A stretch of DNA of 64,000 bases, taken from positions 992,001 to 1,056,000 of the forward strand of contig JBMNJT010000002.1 of assembly GCA_050951805.1 (NCBI GenBank). The letters run 5' to 3'. The translations under genes and the position numbers were made by a program. Shown here piece after piece: positions 25,257-32,099 of this stretch; the first letter of the stretch is position 1; the number at the start of each line of letters is the position of its first letter. The stretch comes from Bacillota bacterium. Its GTDB lineage: Bacteria > Bacillota > DTU025. A model generated the notes under the pieces. The model was not told the DNA's origin. It saw nothing but the letters and a program-made list of their open reading frames with translations, and did no database searches.

Positions 25257-25489
25257 GTTTGTGCATATTTCACCTTAGGTGGAGATGTACGGATGTATTA
25301 GTTCCGTTGGGTCTGGCATGTTGAAGGGGTAAGCTGATCGCGGGGCATGCCATCACTTTAGGCATTGGCGCTTGGCTTGTTGGCCAGACGAGGAATGGAG
25401 ATCGAATTTTGGCGGCTGTGTTGACCATGCTGGTGGTGCATGGGGCCGAAGCCGCCTTTTCTTTTCGGACAAGATGTCAATGGCAGTGG

Positions 25490-25850
25490 CGGAACACATA
25501 GCCCCGAAACTGGGCCGGCCTTGTTCATTTGCCATCGGCATGCACCAGATTCTTGTGCAAACTGATGAGGCATCAATAAAAGGTTGATGGGAGTTTCGAT
25601 AGCTATGATGGCCGCAGGAATATCGACGCGGATTTCGGAGTGAAGACATATGAGCAAAGATGGCAGCGTAGGGACAGGATCATGAGTTGGTTTGGGTATA
25701 AACTGCATCTCGTCGCGGATGCCGTTTACGAGTTGCCTGTAGCCTCTCGGATTACGAGGGCATCGAGGAGCGAGATAAAGTAGGCGTATACCCTCATAGA
25801 TGAAATGGCGGTTAGGATGCCGGAAATCGTTGATGAGAAGATGACTGCAA
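25490..25850 (+). pseudogene. Degraded DDE transposase fragment (IS4/IS5/IS1182-like)
   Basis: + strand reads DGRRNIDADFGVKTY...SWFGYKLHLVADAVYELPVA..ITRAS..E then an in-frame stop; the GYKLH motif is typical of DDE_Tnp_1 transposases. Ends approximate. Confidence 0.75.
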
Positions 25851-25873
25851 TGCAAATGCTGCCTTATGTGGTG

Positions 25874-25902
25874 TTGACCCTCGAATGTGCGTACGGTATA
25901 AT
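25874..25902 (+). promoter_or_regulatory. SigA promoter for the tRNA pair
   Basis: TTGACC-N17-TATAAT. Confidence 0.8.
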
Positions 25903-25919
25903 ACTTTTTGCAAGTTAGT

Positions 25920-25994
25920 TCCCCGATAGCTCAGCGGTAGAGCAACCGGCTGTTAACCGGTGGGTCGCAGGTTCGAATCCTGCTCGGGGAGCCA
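25920..25994 (+). tRNA. tRNA-Asn (GTT), second copy
   Basis: Cloverleaf with CCA; differs from the 5753-5827 copy at one acceptor-stem position. Confidence 0.98.
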
Positions 25995-25996
25995 TT

Positions 25997-26071
<75 letters not shown>

Positions 26072-26230
26072 AATTATTACAGATGCAGTGCTAGGCGGAC
26101 AGTTTGTCTGCCTATTCGTGTATATACAGTAAGTTACATGTGATCGATAAAAGGAACTTTGCTTGGAGTGTAGAAATATAATTAAGAGGGTGCCAATTCT
26201 CCAGATTCTGCATTGGAGGCGAGCCGTGTT

Positions 26231-26413
26231 GTGAAACGGAGATGTGAGATTTGCGGGAAGGTAATACCCAATGAAAGACTGGAAGCTCTCCCAGACACCA
26301 AGCGTTGCATAGAGTGCGCGAGGAGTTGTGGCACCGACGTCTGCGCCAAGAGAAGCGAAGTAGGCATGGATCCTGACACATACAAGGATCTGCTCGGAGC
26401 AGTTCGAAGTTGA
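26231..26413 (+). CDS. TraR/DksA C4-type zinc finger protein
   Basis: CEICGKVIPNERLEALPDTKRCIEC; GTG after GGAGG. Confidence 0.9.
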   Translation: MKRRCEICGKVIPNERLEALPDTKRCIECARSCGTDVCAKRSEVGMDPDTYKDLLGAVRS

Positions 26414-26454
26414 CGAGAAACGGATGTAGTGTTAGCATCATGATGTTGAGAGCG

Positions 26455-26810
<356 letters not shown>

Positions 26811-27161
26811 TTTCATGTGATGCCCGGCTTATGCCGGGCATCGCCATTTCTCAAGAATGGGCTGGATCAGGTGCTATCAGGATCGATGCCCGCGATGCCA
26901 AAATGTATTGGTTGAACGGGCCACAATACGGCTAAACGACACGCGCCTTCCGGCGTTCATTTAAGAAATCAACTATCCCCAGCCACGTGGCTCACCTTTC
27001 TGTATGCGATTGGATCAGGAAAGCTTGCAGAATGTCTTAATCATAAAGCGAGCGCTTGCTCTTCGGATACCCTAGCCCAAAACGAAAGACCGTGGATGCC
27101 TGTTCGGCGGAAGATCCCTCACGTGTCAGGCAGAGCGTCGGGTTCCTGGAAGGAACGACTA

Positions 27162-27189
27162 TTGACAACATACCCCATGATGGTATACG
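27162..27189 (+). promoter_or_regulatory. Promoter containing a CsoR-type palindrome
   Basis: TTGACA followed by ATACC-CCATGAT-GGTAT (27170-27186). Confidence 0.5.
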
Positions 27190-27251
27190 AATAATGTGAG
27201 CCCGTAGAGCTAGACTGCGTTAATGTAGGACATGGGAAGGGGGACAGGGAT

Positions 27252-27410
27252 ATGAAGAAATGGGTGTGCACTGTCTGTGGCTATGTGTATGACCCTGCTG
27301 CCGGAGACCCGGATAACGGTGTAGCCAGAGGCACGGCCTTTGAAGACTTGCCCGATGATTGGGTGTGCCCTGATTGCGGTGTTGGCAAGGAGCTGTTTGA
27401 AGAAGAGTAA
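27252..27410 (+). CDS. Rubredoxin (52 aa, below the ORF-track cutoff)
   Basis: Own translation: [52 protein letters not shown]. Confidence 0.97.
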   Translation: MKKWVCTVCGYVYDPAAGDPDNGVARGTAFEDLPDDWVCPDCGVGKELFEEE

Positions 27411-27513
27411 AAGGCAAAACTGGCAAGCGTTGGAGTTTGAGAGGTGCACCAGGCGTTTCAGTTAGTACGGCGGTTGTTGGTCTGCTAGCATCAGATATGG
27501 GAGGATGATGATC

Positions 27514-28053
27514 TTGGCTAATAAGTTGGAGGGTACCAAGACGTACGACAACATTATGGCTGCGTTTGCCGGAGAGTCGCAGGCGCGCAACAAGTATACT
27601 TATTTTGCGAAAGTAGCGAAGAAGGAAGGCTACGAGCAGATCGGGGGAATCTTCGAGGAGACCGCGGAGAATGAGAGGGCTCATGCCAAGAGGCTCATAG
27701 ATTATGTTGGACTTGTTGGTGATACTGCCCAGAATCTGCAGCATGCTGCGGATGGCGAAAACTATGAGTGGACAAGCATGTATCCGGAGTTTGAGCGAGT
27801 AGCCCGCGAAGAGGGATTTGACAGAATTGCCGACACCTTCCGAGAGATTGGAGAGGTGGAGGAAGAGCACGAGAAGAGGTTTAAAGCCCTGCTCGCCAAC
27901 GTAGAGAATGGCACAGTGTTCAGCAAGGGCCAGCCCGTGAAGTGGAAGTGCCGGAACTGCGGTTACGTTCATGAAGGTCCAGAAGCGCCAAAGGCTTGCC
28001 CTGCGTGCGCTCATCCTCAGGCATATTTCGAGTTGTTTGCGGCGAACTATTGA
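27514..28053 (+). CDS. rbr: Rubrerythrin
   Basis: AFAGESQARNKY, ENERAH, GENYE, EEEHE, C-terminal CRNCG...CPAC. Confidence 0.96.
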   Translation: MANKLEGTKTYDNIMAAFAGESQARNKYTYFAKVAKKEGYEQIGGIFEETAENERAHAKRLIDYVGLVGDTAQNLQHAADGENYEWTSMYPEFERVAREEGFDRIADTFREIGEVEEEHEKRFKALLANVENGTVFSKGQPVKWKCRNCGYVHEGPEAPKACPACAHPQAYFELFAANY

Positions 28054-28104
28054 TGTTACTGTCCTCGAGCAAGAAGCGACATGTGAGGCGAGGAGGGCTT
28101 ATGC

Positions 28105-28440
28105 ATGAAGCTATGGAGATGCGGAGTGTGCGGCTATATCCATGATGGCAGTACGCCTCCCGAAAAGTGCCCTAAGTGTGGTGCTCCTGCAGAGAGATTC
28201 TCCGAAGTAGATGATAAGGAGACGGAACTGATCAGAAGGTCCCGTTATACCAATGATCTTCATTGCAGGCTGATCGCACTCATGGAACAGGTTGAGGAGA
28301 TAGCTGAAGCCGGAATAGATGATGATCTTGATCCAGGCTGTGTTGCTGTATTCAAGCGTGCACGAGAAGAGGCGTGGATAATCGGACAGTCGGCTAAAGC
28401 TGAGATCCGGGCTCATATAACCAAGGGCAAGTGGAGCTAG
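28105..28440 (+). CDS. Rubredoxin-like domain protein with helical C-terminal domain
   Basis: WRCGVCGYIH..PEKCPKCGAP followed by GIDDDLDPGC and AEI..H..KGKW. Confidence 0.85.
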   Translation: MKLWRCGVCGYIHDGSTPPEKCPKCGAPAERFSEVDDKETELIRRSRYTNDLHCRLIALMEQVEEIAEAGIDDDLDPGCVAVFKRAREEAWIIGQSAKAEIRAHITKGKWS

Positions 28441-28453
28441 CCTTTGTTTCTGT

Positions 28454-28488
28454 CCTGTGGCCGCTCGAGGGGGCGGCTACAGGCTTTT
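28454..28488 (+). terminator. Intrinsic terminator of the rubredoxin operon
   Basis: CCTGTGGCCGCTC-GAG-GGGGCGGCTACAGG followed by CTTTT. Confidence 0.75.
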
Positions 28489-28660
28489 ACGGGCAAATGG
28501 TGAGCATAGGCCGGGATGCGAGGTTCAGGCGATGGCATGGTTCAATCCATGGGCGTATTGCCGATCCTACGTTACCTCCGGATGAGCTGTAACTCTAGGG
28601 AATCTTATGGGCCACAAGGAAAAGATTCCAAGTCACGTCGTAATATGTTATGAAACTGAT

Positions 28661-28689
28661 GCATATAACCACGGTAATCGGCCATGATA
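28661..28689 (+). promoter_or_regulatory. Putative sporulation (sigmaG-like) promoter for the star-shaped RNA
   Basis: GCATA-N17-CATGATA ending 6 nt before the RNA's first stem. Confidence 0.55.
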
Positions 28690-28695
28690 TCTAAC

Positions 28696-29087
28696 GAGGT
28701 TTACGGCGGTCGAGCGAAGACCCACAATGGATCTGATCATATCGCAAGGTGTCGGGTCCATTGTGCGTCGAGCAAAGGTCGGTTGCGGCTTTAAGCAGGA
28801 CCGCAACTGGCCGGAGCTAAGATCGTTGCAGGTTGGCCAACTTATGGCGGCGGTTGATGAGATCGTCGTTGTAGGGAAACCTATCTGCAGCGGTCGAGCG
28901 AAGATCAGCGTACGAGCGAAAGTGTGGTGTTGCAGTCGAGAGACTGCAGCATGATGCCCAAGTTCGGACGTTGGTCGATCAAAGGTTGTTGCATTCCGTG
29001 AACCGGCTGCTCAGTGCCGAAAGGTGTTGGGTAGTCGCAAATCGGGATGCAGCAGCCGGAGAGCAGATCGTCGTGAGCCTCCTTTTT
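28696..29087 (+). ncRNA. Unrecognised large structured RNA: six-way junction with repeated GAGCRAA linkers
   Basis: 16-bp closing stem 28696-28711/29066-29081; five arms with long helices, many G-U pairs and GNRA loops; six similar 7-8 nt linkers; terminal T run. Confidence 0.85.
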
Positions 29088-29171
29088 GCTTTTCGCCTGT
29101 CTTTCCTGATAATGCTGCTCGAGTCTTCACGAACACACCCAGATTTGACCGAAAGCGGAATTGGTTATAGA

Positions 29172-29201
29172 GCATAAGAGGAGTTGGGCCAAGGTAAAAT
29201 A
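29172..29201 (+). promoter_or_regulatory. Putative sigmaF/sigmaG promoter of spoVT
   Basis: GCATA-N16-GGTAAAATA; spoVT is sigmaG-controlled in Bacillus and Clostridia. Confidence 0.6.
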
Positions 29202-29221
29202 ATAACAAGGGAGGGATGTGC

Positions 29222-29755
29222 GTGAAGGCGACAGGGATAGTAAGAAGAATCGATGACCTTGGCAGAGTAGTCGTTCCCAAAGAGATCCGTAGGACCCTTC
29301 GAATACGCGAGGGAGATCCGCTTGAGATATTCACCGATCGCGAGGGATCGGTGATCCTTAAGAAATATTCCCCCATTGCGGACCTTGGAGAGTTTGCCCA
29401 AGAATACGCGGATTCACTGTACGAAGCAACGAGGCACATAGTGCTCATCGCAGATCAAGATGAGGTTGTTGCGGTAGCAGGAGCCTCAAGGAAGAGTTTC
29501 TATGAACGTCGGATTACTGAGCACGTAGAGGAAGTCATGCGCAACAGGAAGCCATTCCTTTCCAACACTGCCAACGAGAATCCGCCAATCGAAGACTTGG
29601 AGTTGTCTAGCCAGGTAATTGCTCCCATAATTGTCGAAGGGGACATCGCCGGAGCTGTGATCATGTTGTCTCAAGAGGGCAAGTCCATGGGCGAGCTCGA
29701 ATTGAAACTCGCTGAAACAGCGGCTGGATTCTTGGCCAAACAGTTGGGACAATAG
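29222..29755 (+). CDS. spoVT: Stage V sporulation protein T (AbrB + GAF domains)
   Basis: MKATGIVRRIDDLGRVVVPKEIRRTLRIREGDPLEIF; C-terminal ETAAGFLAKQ. Confidence 0.97.
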   Translation: MKATGIVRRIDDLGRVVVPKEIRRTLRIREGDPLEIFTDREGSVILKKYSPIADLGEFAQEYADSLYEATRHIVLIADQDEVVAVAGASRKSFYERRITEHVEEVMRNRKPFLSNTANENPPIEDLELSSQVIAPIIVEGDIAGAVIMLSQEGKSMGELELKLAETAAGFLAKQLGQ

Positions 29756-29782
29756 GAGAAGAGACTGTGCATTAGGGTAATG

Positions 29783-29812
29783 CGGGATCGCCCGAGTTGC
29801 GATCCCGTTTTT
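29783..29812 (+). terminator. spoVT intrinsic terminator
   Basis: CGGGATCGC-CCGAGTT-GCGATCCCG followed by TTTTT. Confidence 0.85.
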
Positions 29813-29814
29813 GT

Positions 29815-30286
29815 GTTCGCCCGGCATATCTATTGAGCCCGAAAGGTCCTTTGTAGCGGGAAGACAATCCGTAGACAAGGGCGCTGCCTAAAGTGGTGGG
29901 GTCTGAAGGAAGTTACAAGGGTGAACATGGAACGTAGCGATTGCGAACCGAAGTTGGCCTTTAAAGTAGGCAACCTTGCGCGATACGGGAAGGCCCGAGG
30001 GCCGGGTAAGTTAGGAAGGACGGATTCGTGTTGAGGCAGACAAACTTGACCGGGGACGCAAGGACGGAAGTCTGTAGAACAAAACTGAGATGGCAGCAGC
30101 CTGGCTGCATGAGTCAAAAGCCGATGCAGTTGCGAAGGGACGGAGACCAACGCGGGGTAGATCGGCTTTGAGCTGGAAACGCCTCGCAAGGCTCTGGAAA
30201 AACTGCAGCCATGCAAGTGAGAAGCAGAGGTCCGTGCGTACGGTTATGTGAGAGGAATGCCTCTACCTGGCGCCACCCCACTCGAT
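29815..30286 (+). mobile_element. ORF-less, degenerate group II (class C-like) intron remnant
   Basis: 5' GTTCGCCCGGCAT right after a terminator; internal CAAGGG..TCTGAAGGAAG; AGCAGAGGTC; 3' GTGCGTACGGTTATGTGAGAGG...ACTCGAT. No RT ORF. Confidence 0.65.
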
Positions 30287-30516
30287 ATTCGCAAAATGGC
30301 CCCAAGCGGGGTACGGACGATCGTTGTTTTGCCGTGATCTTTCGAGGGAACTGAAATGATCCTAGTTTTGTCATCAGTATCTTACGAATCTTCGATATCA
30401 TGATCTGATATTCGTTGGTTATGTCGGCCTTTTATCGGAAGATCGCTGACCGTGAGCCGCAGGATGGCTCCTCTATGCGTCGAATCACAACTGCGACATG
30501 GGAGGAGGCAATCTGT

Positions 30517-30720
30517 ATGGAGGTCACTAATATCAAGGGTGTACTCGTGGCCACTTTGGTGATGGACGAGGGCGATGCTGATGAGATTGGAACGATGTCG
30601 GAGAGCGAAGTGATCCGAAGAGCTAGGAAGGCAGTGGGAACGGTAATTCCTGAACACCTGATACGAGAGATTCTAGTTGGGCATGACGGCGATAGCTTGC
30701 ACGTGGCTTTCAGCATTTGA
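30517..30720 (+). CDS. Hypothetical 67-aa protein
   Basis: Strong GGAGGAGG RBS, ATG at 30517, protein-like composition (MEVTNIKGVLVATL...LHVAFSI). Confidence 0.65.
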   Translation: MEVTNIKGVLVATLVMDEGDADEIGTMSESEVIRRARKAVGTVIPEHLIREILVGHDGDSLHVAFSI

Positions 30721-30796
30721 AGGGCACAGGAGGATTTCGCGTTCGCGCGTCAAATGAATAAGATATATGGCTACGTTCAAACTTAATACTGTGCCG

Positions 30797-30972
30797 ATCC
30801 GCTAGGGGAGCCAACAGGCTGAGAGCGGGATGGTGTGTTGCACGAGCTCAGGCTTGCATTGATGGTAGACGAAGTCTTGCCTTGTTTTGTGACGCACCCC
30901 CGATACCCTGGAACCTGATCGAGCGGGGGAATTCTCTCCCGCCCTGGGTAATGCCAGCGTAGGGAAGCGGTT
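30797..30972 (+). promoter_or_regulatory. TPP riboswitch (atypical, with insertions)
   Basis: CTAGGGGAGCC..GGCTGAGA..ACCCTGGAACCTGATC..GGTAATGCCAGCGTAGGGAAG; terminator ~30988-31020; upstream of thiT. Confidence 0.9.
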
Positions 30973-31061
30973 AAGTCTCTATGTGACTGCGGATCATTTA
31001 TGGTGACCGCGGTTTTTCTGTTTAGTGCCCCACGGCGCGGCGCACAAGGAGGATCAGTGTT

Positions 31062-31640
31062 ATGTCAACAACTCGTTCACGCAAGCCTACTCCTACAATA
31101 GTCCTGACGGAGGTAGGCATGGCTGCCGCGCTTTCGTGGGTTTTGGGGATGATAAGGCTGTTCAAGATGCCCCAAGGGGGGTCTATCTCCCTGGAAATGG
31201 TCCCCATACTCTACATGGCTTTTTCGAGGGGAGTCTATCCAGGCTTGCTCTCGGGCCTAATAGCAGGCGTGCTTGACCTTGTGACAGCTACATCTGAGAT
31301 CGTCCATCCCATGCAGGCTATTCTTGACTATATTCTGGCTTCGACCGCTCTTGGCCTTGCTCCTTGGTTTTCGTTCGGGCGTGGCTGGTGGCGAAATTTG
31401 ACTGGGGCCATAGGAGGAACGCTGGTCGGGTTGATGTGCCATGTCCTCTCCGGGCACATCTTTTTTGGACAGTATGCGCCAGCAGGAACACCTGCTTGGC
31501 TCTATTCGTTGACATACAATGCTACTTACTATTTACCTAAGATGATAATTACAATAGTGGTTGTGGTTATCCTGATGCAAAAAGGCGTCTTGCGTCCAGA
31601 GAATGGCGGAAGGGGCAATGGGAACCGGAGCCAAGGGTGA
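31062..31640 (+). CDS. thiT: Thiamine ECF transporter S-component ThiT
   Basis: MPQGGSISL, HPMQAILDY, SGHIFFGQYAP, YSLTYN; TPP riboswitch upstream. Confidence 0.93.
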   Translation: MSTTRSRKPTPTIVLTEVGMAAALSWVLGMIRLFKMPQGGSISLEMVPILYMAFSRGVYPGLLSGLIAGVLDLVTATSEIVHPMQAILDYILASTALGLAPWFSFGRGWWRNLTGAIGGTLVGLMCHVLSGHIFFGQYAPAGTPAWLYSLTYNATYYLPKMIITIVVVVILMQKGVLRPENGGRGNGNRSQG

Positions 31641-31759
31641 CCATGGAAGGTTTGAGGAGACAGGGAGGGTCGCAGACGGGGCGACCCTGTTTTCCCGTCA
31701 AGAATCGGCCATGAGTTGACGCTGTATGCAGCTGTGTGGTAGATTGATCCTAGTTGAAT

Positions 31760-32045
31760 AGGCGAAATACGATGACGGGGAAGAGTATCGATCGGGACGG
31801 CCAAAGAGAGTGGAGGATGGTGGGATCTCCATGCTGGTCGGGTCGGGAAAATCACCCCCGAGTTGCAGGCTGAAAGGGAACGAGTAAGCTGTGCCGCGTC
31901 CCTGCGTTATCGGGGCTAACGAGAGGGCCGACATTTCTGCGACGGTTCCGTTGCCGCCTGGTGAAACCAGGCCATGTGTCGGCTAATTTAGGGTGGTACC
32001 GCGAGTTAACCCCTCGTCCCTTGGACGGGGGGCTTTATCTTTTCT
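31760..32045 (+). promoter_or_regulatory. Ile T-box riboswitch
   Basis: Stem I with AGAGA/GGTGGGA motifs, specifier ATC at 31851-31853, T-box AGGGTGGTACCGCG at 31990-32003, terminator CCCCTCGTCC/GGACGGGGGG plus T run. Confidence 0.93.
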
Positions 32046-32099
32046 GTTTTGGGCTGCTACATGTCCGTGACACAGAAGACAAGGAGGTTATGTCTGCGA

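Noticed and set aside
25358-25855. 165-aa minus-strand ORF
   Set aside because: Antisense to the transposase remnant; no protein-like features.
26843-27160. ~300-nt unexplained spacer between rnpB and the rubredoxin promoter
   Set aside because: No convincing ORF, repeat or structure found by eye.
28696-29087. CRISPR array or type III toxin-antitoxin repeat interpretation of the repeated motif
   Set aside because: Repeats are only ~15 nt and degenerate, the intervening segments vary from 36 to 75 nt and are self-complementary helices, and no cas or toxN-like gene is in the window.
28727-29177. 75-aa and 68-aa ORFs overlapping the structured RNA
   Set aside because: No RBS or recognisable motifs; the sequence is explained by base pairing.
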